Positions 21,603 through 35,609 of a stretch of 64,000 nucleotides of DNA are shown here, piece after piece; the stretch's first letter is position 1, and each line of letters begins with the position of its first letter. Under the pieces are notes generated by a model. That model was not told where the DNA came from. It worked only from the letters and a program-made list of their open reading frames with translations, and did not search any database. Source of the DNA: Macrostomum lignano (lineage: Eukaryota); NCBI GenBank assembly GCA_002269645.1, contig NIVC01001900.1, positions 1 to 64,000 of the forward strand, given 5' to 3'. A program made the position numbers and the translations under genes.

Positions 21603-21965
21603 AATTATGGCTAGAAAGGAAGCTTTCCTCACTGTTTGACTTGCTAATTTTGCGGATAGAGAAAATTTGTTATAATTTACTTTCATGTACATCGCATTGT
21701 AAAACGACTCCGCGACTCAGCGTGCATTAATTGGGTGGTAAAAAAATACTTTTTTTCGGCAGATTTTCTTGTCAAGATTTTCTTATAAGATTTCTTGCAG
21801 TGAAAATATTTGAAGGCTCTCGCCTTAGTCTATAAAAACGTTTGCTCCAGTTTGGAAGCAGAAAGCGTATGAAAGCGAAGAAAGAAGAATTTATTACACG
21901 ATGACACGTTATATCAACAGCTGCACCGATTCGCTGAGAAACCTTTTTTCTTTCCTATCGGAGCA

Positions 21966-23921
21966 CAACACTAAATACAGATTGCACTATCTCCACCATA
22001 GACAAAAGGGAACAACACTAAATACAGATTGCACTATCCCCACCATAGACAAAATAGAACAATACTAAATACAGATTGCACTATCCCCACCATAGACAAA
22101 ATAGAACAATACTAAATACAGATTGCACTATCCCCACCATAGACAAAATGGAACAACACTAAATACAGATTGCACTATCCCCACCATAGACAAAATAGAA
22201 CAATACTAAATACAGATTGCACTATCCCCACCATAGACAAAATAGAACAATACTAAATACAGATTGCACTATCCCCACCATAGACAAAATAGAACAATAC
22301 TAAATACAGATTGCACTATCCCCACCATAGACAAAATGGAACAACACTAAATACAGATTGCACTATCTCCACCATAGACAAAATAGAACAATACTAAATA
22401 CAGATTGCACTATCCCCACCATAGACAAAATAGAACAATACTAAATACAGATTACACTATCCCCACCATAGACAAAATAGAACAATACTAAATACAGATT
22501 GCACTATCCCCACCATAGACAAAAGGGAACAATACTAAATACAGATTGCACTATCTCCACCATAGACAAAATGGAACAACACTAAATACAGATTGCACTA
22601 TCTCCACCATAGACAAAATGGAACAACACTAAATACAGATTGCACTATCTCCACCATAGACAAAAGGGAACAATACTAAATACAGATTGCACTATCTCCA
22701 CCATAGACAAAATGGAACAACACTAAATACAGATTGCACTATCTCCACCATAGACAAAATGGAACAACACTAAATACAGATTGCACTATCCCCACCATAG
22801 ACAAAATAGAACAATACTAAATACAGATTGCACTATCTCCACCATAGACAAAATGGAACAACACTAAATACAGATTGCACTATCTCCACCATAGACAAAA
22901 TGGAACAACACTAAATACAGATTGCACTATCCTCACCATAGACAAAATAGAACAATACTAAATACAGATTGCACTATCTCCACCATAGACAAAATAGAAC
23001 AATACTAAATACAGATTGCACTATCTCCACCATAGACAAAATGGAACAACACTAAATACAGATTGCACTATCTCCACCATAGACAAAATAGAACAATACT
23101 AAATACAGATTGCACTATCTCCACCATAGACAAAATAGAACAATACTAAATACAGATTGCACTATCTCCACCATAGACAAAATAGAACAATACTCAATAC
23201 AGATTGCACTATCCCCACCATAGAAAAAATAGAACAATACTAAATACAGATTGCACTATCCCCACCATAGACAAAATAGAACAATACTAAATACAGATTG
23301 CACTATCCCCACCATAGACAAAATGGAACAACACTAAATACAGATTGCACTATCCCCACCATAGACAAAATAGAACAATACTCAATACAGATTGCACTAT
23401 CCCCACCATAGACAAAATAGAACAATACTAAATACAGATTGCACTATCCCCACCATAGACAAAATAGAACAATACTAAATACAGATTGCACTATCCCCAC
23501 CATAGACAAAATGGAACAACACTAAATACAGATTGCACTATCTCCACCATAGACAAAATGGAACAATACTAAATACAGATTGCACTATCCCCACCATAGA
23601 CAAAATAGAACAATACTAAATACAGATTACACTATCCCCACCATAGACAAAATAGAACAATACTAAATACAGATTGCACTATCCCCACCATAGACAAAAT
23701 GGAACAACACTAAATATAGATTGCACTATCTCCACCATAGACAAAATGGAACAACACTAAATACAGATTGCACTATCTCCACCATAGACAAAATGGAACA
23801 ACACTAAATACAGATTGCACTATCCCCACCATAGACAAAATGGAACAACACTAAATATAGATTGCACTATCTCCACCATAGACAAAATGGAACAACACTA
23901 AATATAGATTGCACTATCCCC
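21966..23921. repeat. 47-bp minisatellite, ~41 copies
   Basis: Unit AACAATACTAAATACAGATTGCACTATCCCCACCATAGACAAAATAG, with interspersed point variants. Confidence 0.97.
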
Positions 23922-24454
23922 AACATATAATCGTTAAAAAATATTGTTTTCTTTCCTTAGATTGCAAGAAGAATTTTTGCGGAGATATTCTCTATTTTTA
24001 TTCACACCGCCTAATGACTCGTGATTGCTTTTTGGCTAGAGTCATTTCATACACAAGAAAAACATCACGACTACGATGTAGGATTCGCGTCCAGTTTTGA
24101 GTACCTAAATGTCTACCCCTCATTAAATATTGAATTGCAGAGTGGCTCAGGGGTAACACTCGTCTGTGTCTAGCGCTGCAGTGTAACAGGGTTTGTTCTC
24201 AATCTTATACTCGTAGTTGGTCAGGATCGCTGTGTACGCAGTGTTAGCGTGTGTATGAGTGCGTCCATGCGTACAGTATTGGCGCTCATGTGCTCATGCA
24301 GGAGTGAGCCAAATGGGCATGACTAATATTTTGAATCTTAAGACTCGAAGCAATAAAAATTCAACATATATGTTAGAAACTGCACAAGATAGAAACTTAT
24401 ACTCAAACCCATCGCGACGGACTGGCTTTTTAGATTTTGCTCTCTTTTTGCCAG

Positions 24455-25653
24455 TCTTAAAAAAATGATGTCTCCATATTGGCCGACCACATGCCCGGCA
24501 GGGACACGCAGACTTTTCGTGCTTAATTCCCAGGCGACTCTGCCACAAGAAGCTTATGTTAGCCAATTTCCTGAGTGAATTGAGTCAAACCTTCTTCCGT
24601 TGCGTCTTAGAGGGCAAAAGACGGTCGTGCTGCACAGGAATGCAGATTTCTGCTTCTTAAGAGTTAAGTACTACAGAGAGCGCAGCTGTGGGCACAAAAG
24701 GCGAGGCCTGGATGCAAGTAAGCAACCGCTACAGTTCCCATGCAGGCCACACACACACACACACACATAGAGAGACAGAAATTGGATGGACTAGCTGGGA
24801 GCTTTGTTACGATTTGATCCGAGGTCGCCAGACAGAAAGCGTCATGTGATACTACAGCAAACTTCTCTCCATCAATACACGCTGTTAGTTAATCCAAAGA
24901 CATCACTAAACCCGAATTTGTCTCGCAAAAAAATCGAATAGACCAAAACTTACAGATTGCACATGCATACTTTGCGTGATAGGACTGTAAAATGTCAATA
25001 CGAGCCAGTTACTCGCATCAGACAAGCTGACAATTTATCTTCTACAGTTGCGAACGCTTGGACTCAAACTGGAAGTTGGTTAGCTGCAAAAATTTTCTAA
25101 GGGAGCTGAAATTAACACGTCTGGGCCAAGTTTGAGGCACAAAGTCCGTGCATGTGCCCAGGGGTCAGCGGAATGGGCAGAACTACCGTCACAGCTGATT
25201 GTGAGACCAATTTCGTTGCGCAATGATGCCTCACAACCTTCCCAAAAATTTTATTGATTGCATATTGATATATTACAGACGGTTAAAGACTGCCAAATAG
25301 GCTCTGCATAATTTATTAATGTGCTGATCTGACTCAGTTGAATAACTTTTAATTTGAGCTAGTAGGAGCTTACTAATACTGTAAATATTGTAATCGTAAA
25401 TCGTAATTCACAGAAGCAATGAAACGAAAGACTAACTGCAATAACATTCCCATTATCTATACTCCCTTAGGAATAAAATATTAATCTTTTTGAATTAGCA
25501 ACTTCAAAGAGGTGAATCAAGTCGTTGAAGTAGTTTTCTTTTTTGACTACAGGACTTGCTTGGCAGGGGTTAGTCTGAGACATTTAAAAACGTCATTAGG
25601 AAAAGACGACTTAGGAATTTTCTTAGGAAAACGGCGAGCGTGCAGGATGAAAG
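24455..25653 (+). CDS. Candidate small spliced gene of unknown function (exons 24455-24574, 24611-24717, 25048-25078, 25553-25653; possibly also ~23961 and ~26033)
   Basis: Four consecutive AG/GT-bounded segments with matching phases (donors GTGAAT, GTAAGC, GTTAGC, GTAAGG). No recognisable protein similarity. Confidence 0.35.
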
Positions 25654-26841
25654 GTAAGGTCAAGCTTAGAAATATTGCTGAATGAAACGATTGCGCGTAG
25701 GATTTCCCAGAAAGAAGACTTCATACGATTTAATTCCTTTTTGCACGCAACTTGGTTTGATTGATTTAACACGGTTAAATCTGAATGAAATTCGAAGATA
25801 AAAACTTAAATTAACGCTTATCAAGCCGTTTTAACAAATTATTTATTTCAATTTTCTATTGCATTCTGGCATTTACGTTATTTAGAAAAACGTTACATTA
25901 AAAACACGAAGGTTGTCGCAGGCTGTTTTAAGGCGTTTTAATTGAGGGGTGACAAGACCCGCAATATTGAATTTTGCTAACTAGATCAAGATAGCTTGCA
26001 GGCAGAGTTAGTCATTTTTGTTTCACTCCTAGCAGTACGAGCCATTTCCTTTTAGATCCATATTTAATCTTATTAAAGACAATTTAAACAAATTGACATG
26101 TCTAGCTATAAGCTGAGACAACATACTTATCAGTGATAGAATGTTTAAAAAATATAATATACAGACTAAAAAGCAATATTCAGCAAATTTATTGCAAAAT
26201 TACCCAGCATAATTAATTTTGCGTAGTGTTCGAAGCATTCAGCAATCGTGAACACAGCTTGAAAAGTTGGAGGCTAATTAAAAATTCAGGTATTTATAAC
26301 TACAATTGTGAACGTTTTACACAGGGACAAATTATGATTAAAAAAGCAGGCTACAATATATGACATGCTTTTTGCTGCATTTAAAGCGACAATTTTCTCA
26401 TCTTGCTACCGCTCTGCAGGAAGCTAAAAAAATGTCTTGCAAAGCACAAAAAAAAATCGCGGCGTGACTGCTAGCTATCAGGCTTTTTGGCCTAGCAACC
26501 GGCAAAAACCAGATGATCTATTCGGGGAGTTTTGTCCGAAAAAAAGACTAACAGCTTGCTCTTTTTACACGATTTGGCTTCGCAACAAGACAACAGGTTT
26601 GCATCTCAAGAGAGACAGTTTGCTTTGTTTGGTCGGGGGGTCTCGGCAGCTCTATAATCTATTGTCTATCTTACACAAAGTCTGCTCTAAGCCCTGCTCT
26701 AGAACGCCCCATGGCTCCTTCCCCTCATCGTCGCTGTCACGCTAACGCCTTTGTCTTTCAATATCTACAGGTGAAATTGCGGAATAATCTTTGCAATGAT
26801 CTGTCGAATTTTGATCGACTGGCCGCTTCGAATTGTCTGCC

Positions 26842-26962
26842 GAACCTAGCCTTAGCCATAGCCCTAGCCCTAGCCCTAGCCCTAACCCTAGCCCTAGCCC
26901 TAGACCTAACCCTAACTCTAACCCTAATATAAGCCCTAGTCTAACCTATAGCCTAAACCTAA
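26842..26962. repeat. Degenerate telomere-like hexamers (CCCTAG/CCCTAA)n
   Basis: Direct reading; a TTAGGGTTTAGG tract also lies at ~27107-27122. Confidence 0.75.
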
Positions 26963-27331
26963 ATCGTGAATTTCTGACAGTCCATTGTCGTGCTCTGATC
27001 GAATTCAGTAAATCCGGTGATGGGACTTTAGATTGAGTTTTATTGCTTTATTACAACGTTATTGACTAAATTAACAAAAATCTGGCGCAACGCAATCAGC
27101 TAGGGCGGAGTTAGGGTTTAGGAAGCTGAAATTTTTATTTGGATATTGTCCAATGCGAATTAAAGATTACTTCAGATATACCTATCATGATGAAAATATT
27201 TTACGGCAATGGCAACGTCAGTTCAATGCGTTTTAAAACGGGGCATAGGCTACAAATCATTTAAAATTAAAAACAATAATGGAACAGTATGATTCACGCA
27301 GACAAACACTATCCTAACCAATTTGTAGTTA

Positions 27332-27974
27332 TCACTTCCTACTTAGGTGTTCGGCCAAGGCTAGAAGGACTTCCTGGTCGTAGTAGGCAATAACACCTTG
27401 CGCATTGCACCAGGCATTTGAACCGTTGGCCTTAGGCTCAGACTTGTGATAGGTGATCTGCTGCTCGCGAAGGCTCTGGTCCCGCTTACCTGGCGATAGA
27501 TCTGACGCCAGTAAACCTTTGAACTGCACCACACCGCCGCCGAGAGCTTTGAGTATGGCGTGCGGTGCACAAGTGTCCCAGCGGTAGGTATTGTCTTTAG
27601 ACAGCACGTACGCTGAGCACAGCCGATCGATGACGCACAGAAGCTTGTAGCCGGCTCCCGGTGCCGTGAGTATCTCGAAGCTCTCGCACAGGTAAGTGCC
27701 CAGCTTCTTGCAGTCTGACATCGAAGTCAAGACGGCGTGTTTACCGCCTTCAGACATCTGAACATCGCGACGACTCGCCGGGATGCAAGTCACCTTGGTC
27801 TCGCCAATGCAGGCTCCCCACACCATGCGGCCTGTCCACCTGATGGTTTTGCCAGGCAAGGGTAAAATTTTCTGCATTCGTGTGTGTATAATGCAAGTAC
27901 GTAAGTAGGTTAAGAGAGTTAACAGAAAGTCAGTAAGTAAGTAAGTAAGTAATAACTAACTAACTAACTAACTC

Positions 27975-28065
<91 letters not shown>

Positions 28066-28094
28066 GACTAACTAACTAACTAACTAACTAACTG

Positions 28095-28173
<79 letters not shown>

Positions 28174-28174
28174 G

Positions 28175-28241
<67 letters not shown>

Positions 28242-28242
28242 G

Positions 28243-28282
<40 letters not shown>

Positions 28283-28314
28283 GCTAACTAACTAACTAAC
28301 TAACTAACTAACTG

Positions 28315-28357
<43 letters not shown>

Positions 28358-28386
28358 GACTAACTAACTAACTAACTAACTAACTG

Positions 28387-28465
<79 letters not shown>

Positions 28466-28466
28466 G

Positions 28467-28513
<47 letters not shown>

Positions 28514-28514
28514 G

Positions 28515-28587
<73 letters not shown>

Positions 28588-30877
28588 TATTTAATAATAT
28601 TTTTTCAAACTATTTTCTGTTCAAAAAGTTTACACTCACGACTTTCCATCGGCGGTATGAAAGAATGGCTGATTAATAACGCCGATCAGAGGCTGTCCAG
28701 TGGCCTTTTCGTAGACGCCAACAAGGACTGTTACGTTAGGCAGCCCATTTTGGCTGATGTTTTCGCCAGGTTTGAACTCTGGATCGCGGTTTCCCGTGAT
28801 GTATTCGGCCGTGCCGTCTGAGAAGAGAGTGTCGAAAAAACGAAGTAAATAGTGTAAATCGAAAGTTTTTCATGGATTACACGACCTGTTTGTGACAATC
28901 TGTACCAGCGTGTAATGTAAAATCCAAGTTCTTTCCACAGAGCAGAGGTTTAGATTTCCGGACTAAATCGTTGCAATCGATGACCCGTCTACTAAAGACC
29001 CTGATCTAGAGATCGCCTCTTGGTCCTGGTTTGGGCGTCCAGGGACATTGAAAAATTTTAATTGAGCCAATGAATTATGTGTAGCTCAATGAATTCCTGG
29101 ACTGAGACTGTGCTATCCTCAGATTAAATCTAGAGAGAGGGGATACACGCAATTGTATCCAATTTTTTGATCCTATGAGATCTTATGAAATCCTATGAGA
29201 TTCTATGAGATCCTATTAGATCCTGTGAGATCCTGTGAGATCCTGTGAGATCCTGTGAGATCCTGTGAGAGCCTATGAGATCCTATGAGATCTTATGAGA
29301 TTTTCTGAGATCCTCTGAGATCATATGAGATCCTATGACATGCTATGAGATCCTATGAGATCCTATGGGATTTTATGAGATTATATGAGATTTTATGCGA
29401 TTTTTTGAGATCCTATGAGATTCTATGAGATTCTATGCGATTTTTTGAGATCCTATGAGATTCTATGAGATTCTATGCGATTTTTTGAGATCCTATGAGA
29501 TCCTACGAGATCTTGAGAGATCCTGTGCGAACTTTGAGATTTTCATTCAGAAGCCATAAGTTGGCATGAAACCCTGGCTTTACTTCCAGCTCCTATTCCT
29601 TATCTTAAGTTGAGATCATTACCTCTATATAGATAGAGTTGAAAGTCGAACAGGAAGTATGCACGTCACTGCTCTGCTACTAAGAGGATGCTTTTAAAAG
29701 TCCAAAACATTTTAAAATTGTCTAATAATTGCAGAAAAAACTGAAAAAGTCCAGCCCGCTAATGCATTTCCAATTCTTTCAACAAAAAAATTCCACAATT
29801 TTGACGTGTCGCGTCCTAGCACTGACGTCCGTGCGCTGTTAATCAGCAAAAAAGAACTGCATGGAAGCCATTCTACCTGGATAAAAAAGCATCCAGGTCC
29901 ATGCTCAATGAAGGAGGCACACGTGAGTCGCGGAAGCTTTGCTCAGACATGCAATTCAGGCTATTCTTATTGTCAACGACAATAGCTTTGATGCATGTCA
30001 GCCGACTCAAGGTTAGCACACCAAATCCTTACCAATTGGGTCGACCCAAACTCCGATGGCTTTCTTATCCAGCTGCAGCTGCTCAAACGCCTGCAGCTCC
30101 GCCGGCCTGGGCAGGTTCATCTCTTCGTGCACCAGATTGGCCAGAACCCCGGCTGCTCGCTCGTTGCCGTCCAGAATTTTCACTGCGTTTTAACAAAAAA
30201 CTCGGTGAATATTTTTTGCGGTAGCTTAACGCTGTCTAAGCAAAAACTTTAGCAAACAGATATTGTAACAGTCCTACTCTTCGCAAGCACAATTGCTAAT
30301 AAAATAAAACTAAAATCGAATCCTCCAGTGAATACAGCCAATTCTCTGAGGTACATGCATTTTTTAATACTTGTGTCCTAATAAGACATACGTCCTCGAA
30401 ACATACATCAGTAAGACATACGTCCCTAAGATATATGTCCTTAAGACATTCGTCCTTAAGATATACAACTCAAGACATTCATCCTTGACATACGCCCCTA
30501 AGATCTAAGGTCCCTAAGGTATACGTCCATAAAATATAAGTCCTTAAGATGTACTTCCTTAAGATATACGTCCTTCAGACATTCGTCCTTAAGACATACT
30601 TTCTTATAAGACGACATGCCTATTGAACACATAACTCTTAAGACGTACCTCTTTGGGAATATATATCTGCTTAGGACAATGCACACTTTTGTGATACATA
30701 AATTGTTAAGACATCAGGATGAACGTTCCGTAGTCCTTGACACGAGACAAATAGATAGGTAAGTAAAATTTTCACACATGATGCATGAATCATATTTCTT
30801 TAAAAATAGTGGTTCTCCTCAATCTGCTGCTCACTCACGCTAAAAAAACTAATCTGAAAGACTCTCTCTCTCTCTCT

Positions 30878-30910
<33 letters not shown>

Positions 30911-31978
30911 GACCCGAAGCCATGTCGGACTATAAAATGACCATGATCCGTCTTCATTATTTGGCAAAGAGCCTTGAGGGAGGAGGCAGGGGCAAGAGGG
31001 AGATAGATAGCGAGAAAGAGGGAGAGGAAAAGCAGAGTCGCTGTAAGTGAAGTCCTGCGCAGGCCCATAACTTCGTGATGCCTTTGGCTGTCATCAAATA
31101 GGGAATGAAGCCGAACGGTAAGGCTATAAGTTGAGTTCTGATCCGGCTCTGCCTATATTTTTGTGGAAGCCCACGGAAATAATCAAACTCGCTGGCTCCT
31201 CGCTGCCCCCCGCACCCGAGAGTCTCTCTCTCTAGGTTCTCTAGCCGCAATGCTCGAACTAACAGCAACAACACAGGGGTTGTCCCGCTTTCTAGGAGGA
31301 CATCAGTGCGTCTATCGATTCGAAGTTAAAATAGAAAACAATAAAGTTTAAACTTACTTAGCGTTGAAGTTGTCTTCTTTTTGTTGTCTTTAATCTCCAG
31401 GGTGACGGCCTCTCCAACCGTGTTAGTAAATTTGTTATTCTCCTCTCCGGTCACTCGCTTGCCCATGCCGGGGAACTGTAGCCAGGATTGCAAATAGGTG
31501 GGGCGATGATCATTTTTGTAGAACCTACTAAGAGCATTTCTGCACAGTAGTTAGACTTTAGCTTGTTTAGAATCAAGTTGGATAATCAATAACACGATAA
31601 AGCAACTTTTAATCTTTTAAATCAGCTTTGACAGGATTGACTCCACGTCGAATCAATAAGCTCTAAAAAAATTGTAAATCTAAGTTGCATCTTACAGTGG
31701 TAGATAGAGTGGTGCAGCGTTGGAGTCGTAGAAGTTTGCAATGGGTGAATGGTAAATTTCGAGCTCACCTTCTTCTCCAGGTCTCGCCGAATCATCTCCT
31801 GGATGATGACATCGGCCAGAGTCTTGAAGTCGAAACCAAACCGACGTCCCTTGTCGTCGCCCGTTTTCTCCTCGATCAGCAGTTGGAACAGCGACTCCTC
31901 TCGACGGATAGCTCTGGCCATCTCGGCGGATTTCTCGGCCGCATTCAGCAGCTCGGCAATCAGATCGGAAACTTTCAT
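27332..31978 (-). CDS. INPP1: Inositol polyphosphate 1-phosphatase (IMPase/BPNT1/INPP1 superfamily). Exons 31978-31769, 31475-31358, 30182-30033, 28817-28640, 27839-27332
   Basis: Phase-consistent splicing gives DFKTLADVIIQE, GEE, VWVDPIDGT (DPID metal motif), VGVYEKATGQPLIGVINQPF, GAGYKLLCV and RWDTCAPHAILKALGG, all characteristic of INPP1. Confidence 0.93.
27932..28586. repeat. Compound (GTAA)n(CTAA)n microsatellite in the INPP1 last intron
   Basis: Direct reading. Confidence 0.98.
29170..29540. repeat. 10-bp minisatellite (GAGATCCTAT variants), INPP1 intron 3
   Basis: Direct reading. Confidence 0.9.
30378..30650. repeat. Degenerate ~20-bp repeat (TAAGACATACGTCCT core), INPP1 intron 2
   Basis: Recurring TAAGA(C/T)AT..GTCC. 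Confidence 0.75.
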
Positions 31979-33427
31979 TATTTGTTTTCAGTATGGTCAA
32001 GGATTCAACCAACTCAGACAATTCGCCGAGGAATTGGAGGAGCTGACAGACGGAGGGGAACAGAAATCAGCGGCGCGCAAATTTTTTTATTTGCTCTGCC
32101 CTTTAGCTCGCAGGCTTTGAAGGAGAATTAAGTCTGAGTCAGGGAGACAGAGACAGACAGAGAGAGGTCGAAAAAGAGGCAGAGACGACAGGATTGGGGG
32201 GGGGACGCGAGGGGGCGCGAACGATAAGAGAAAGAGAGAATAAAGGAGGTTCTTTATCTAATTGAGTCAAACTCTGAATCTGTACTGGGGCGACCAAAGT
32301 GGGCGAATCAGTGGGGAGGACGTCCTCCTTTTTAGCTTGTATTTAGCATAGGCCTTAGTGTGCCTGGAAGGAGGAGAGATACGTAGAGAGGGGGTCCCGG
32401 TCAGGTCCTGGACCTTTATGTCGACAGCCTCCCCTCCGCGGAGAGAGGACACGCGTTACTATCGACGACCGTTCACTCTCTGCTGTAGAAGTCCGCCCCC
32501 TAACTCCCCAGCTGCGGCCAATGGTGCATTGTGGGCGAAGAGGGCAGACTAAGCTGAGGTACAGCCGAGGATAGAGGAACGGCTGGATAGGCAACAGCGG
32601 GGCAGGGATTGGGGAGGAGGTTGTTTGGGGCATCTTGGATTCCAATGAAATCCTCTGTCTCTCTTCTCCTCTCTCCCCTCCGGCGGACCGTGCTTTCCCG
32701 TTGCTACCCTCACCCAGCGTAGCGACCAACCCGACCTCCGCACCCGAGCTTTCCTGACGCTTAACGCGGCTGCTACCCGTTCCAGGGATTTTACACGCAA
32801 GCGCACTCTGCTATCTATCTCGTCTCCTCCCGGCTGCTCCCCCCCCCAATCTCTGCACCCCTCTCACTTGCTCTTGCCTAGATCCCAAGCCTCAAATCAA
32901 ACCCCTAACGGCCACCCTTCTGCGACGGAATCTCCATACGTCGGCATTACTTTCTGGCACTAATTCCTTCGCTATCCCCAAAAAACTCTTCGCCTATTTT
33001 CAACCCCATTCGCCCCCTATACTGGCTCGACCTCGGCCCTCTGCTGACTCCCCCCTCTCAAGCTCTCACCCACACCCCGGTAGCAGCTTGACGCAGTGAG
33101 GATGAAGTAAAGGAATCCATAGGCAGCAGATAGCTAGCTGATGAGCTGCCATGAAGATTCACCCCCCCCCCCCCCCCGAGTAGCCGATGAAAGGATGCGA
33201 AGTAAAGTAAACAAAACCGAATTCGTGTGGGTGGGACGGTTGCTGACTTTAGGAATAATGCCCTTCATCAAAATTCATAGTAAGAGACTTAAAAAATTAG
33301 GCAGACAGTAAACAATACTCAAAATCATTTATTTGCGGGATGATAAAGTGCTTCTGTTATATTTTCAACTTAAAAATAATTAATATACTGATAAATCCAG
33401 AAACAGTTCACTTGCACTGGTCGACCC

Positions 33428-34878
33428 CGTCAGTAGCTCACTGTAATGACCATGTTAGTAACTCACTGTATGACCATGTCAGTAGCTCACTGTATGACCA
33501 TGTCAGTAGCTCACTGCATGACCATGTCAGTAGCTCACTGTATGACCATGTCAGTAGCTTAGTGTATGACCATGTCAGTAACCCACTGTATGACCTTGTC
33601 AGTAACCCACTGTATGACCATGTTAGTAGCTCACTGTATGACCATGTCAGTAGCTCACTGCATGACCATGTCAGTAGCTCACTGCATGACCATGTCAGTA
33701 GCTCACTGTAATGACCATGTTAGTAACTCACTGCATGACCATGTCAGTAGCTCACTGCATGACCATGTTAGTAACTCACTGCATGACCATGTCAGTAGCT
33801 CACTGTATGACCATGTCAGTAGCTTACTGTATGACCATGTCAGTAACCCACTGTATGACCTTGTCAGTAACCCACTGTATGACCATGTTAGTAGCTCACT
33901 GTATGACCATGTCAGTAGCTTACTGTATGACCATGTCAGTAACCCACTGTATGACCTTGTCAGTAACCCACTGTATGACCATGTCAGTAGCTCACTGTAT
34001 GACCATGTCAGTAGCTTACTGTATGACCATGTCAGTAACCCACTGTATGACCATGTCAGTAACCCACTGTATGACCTTGTCAGTAACTCACTGCATGACC
34101 ATGTTAGTAGCTCACTGTGTGACCATGTCAGTAGCTCACTGTAATGACCATGTTAGTAGCTCACTGTATGACCATGTCAGTAGCTCACTGCATGACCATG
34201 TCAGTAGCTCACTGTATGACCATGTCAGTAGCTCACTGCATGACCATGTCAGTAGCTCACTGTAATGACCATGTTAGTAACTCACTGCATGACCATGTCA
34301 GTAGCTCACTGCATGACCATGTTAGTAACTCACTGCATGACCATGTCAGTAGCTCACTGTATGACCATGTCAGTAGCTTACTGTATGACCATGTCAGTAA
34401 CCCACTGTATGACCTTGTCAGTAACCCACTGTATGACCATGTTAGTAGCTCACTGTATGACCATGTCAGTAGCTTACTGTATGACCATGTCAGTAACCCA
34501 CTGTATGACCTTGTCAGTAACCCACTGTATGACCATGTCAGTAGCTCACTGTATGACCATGTCAGTAGCTTACTGTATGACCATGTCAGTAACCCACTGT
34601 ATGACCTTGTCAGTAACTCACTGCATGACCATGTTAGTAGCTCACTGTGTGACCATGTCAGTAGCTCACTGCATGACCATGTCAGTAGCTCACTGTATGA
34701 CCATGTCAGTAGCTCACTGCATGACCATGTCAGTAGCTCACTGTAATGACCATGTTAGTAACTCACTGCATGACCATGTCAGTAGCTCACTGCATGACCA
34801 TGTCAGTAGCTCACTGTATGACCATGTCAGTAGCTTACTGTATGACCATGTCAGTAACCCACTGTATGACCATGTCAG
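33428..34878. repeat. 24-bp minisatellite, ~60 copies
   Basis: Unit TCAGTAGCTCACTGTATGACCATG; it gives the MTMSVAHC ORFs. Confidence 0.97.
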
Positions 34879-35609
34879 TATCCATCGCAATCTGTCAAAA
34901 CAATAATAAACAGTGAGACGAGAGCTCATTAAAACGCATTTCAGTGGATTTCGGTCAGTGAAGTGGAGCTACGGGCCGTACTCGGGCAGAGACTTAAGCT
35001 TAGTCGTTGGATTAGCTCGGCAAAATGCTCTATCTAAAAGATAAGGCCAGGATTTGCAAGGCCTTGCGGATCTTAAAAACGGACCTTTGTAAAAAAACAG
35101 AATCTTGTTGAAAAATAGGATCGATTTTAGTGCATTTTTTATTTGTCTCTGTCACACACACACAACAGCCGGTCAGGGTTGCGTTCCTTCTGCAAGTTGA
35201 TCAATTTTTTTCCAGTCATTTTTTGTTAAATACAAAATAAACACATGAAGGCGCACGCGTTAGGAGGGCTTATGTTTTGTGCGATTTTTTTGCTAACATA
35301 CTAACAGCAAGATTGTAAAGACGAGTACGCAGTTGCCAACTTCCTAGTTGAGCGGGTTGTAAGCTGATCTCACTGCAGTCATGTGCGGGAGACCTAGTTA
35401 AAAGGATAAAAAAGTTTTTGATCCTCCCTACGCAAGGGGAGAAACAGGAGAAGAAATCTGCAGTCGATTAAGAACTTTCTGAGGTGTCGGAATAGGCCCG
35501 AGTACAGCTGGCATGTGTCACGTGACGTGGGGCGAACTAATTACTATTTGTCTGTGTCTTGGCGATTTTTCGATACTCTAGCCATGCCGATTGATTGCAC
35601 ATTTATTGA

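Noticed and set aside
21966-23921. CRISPR-like appearance of the 47-bp (and other) arrays
   Set aside because: Units are contiguous with no unique spacers, there are no cas genes, and the context is eukaryotic.
27840-27877. N-terminal MQKILPLPGKTIR of the 181-aa ORF
   Set aside because: Intronic; phase requires the acceptor ACCATCAG, with the exon starting at 27839.
32200-33200. GC/purine-rich unique tract upstream of INPP1 with several short overlapping ORFs
   Set aside because: No recognisable domain, TIR, LTR or RT motif. It may be a decayed TE but cannot be supported.
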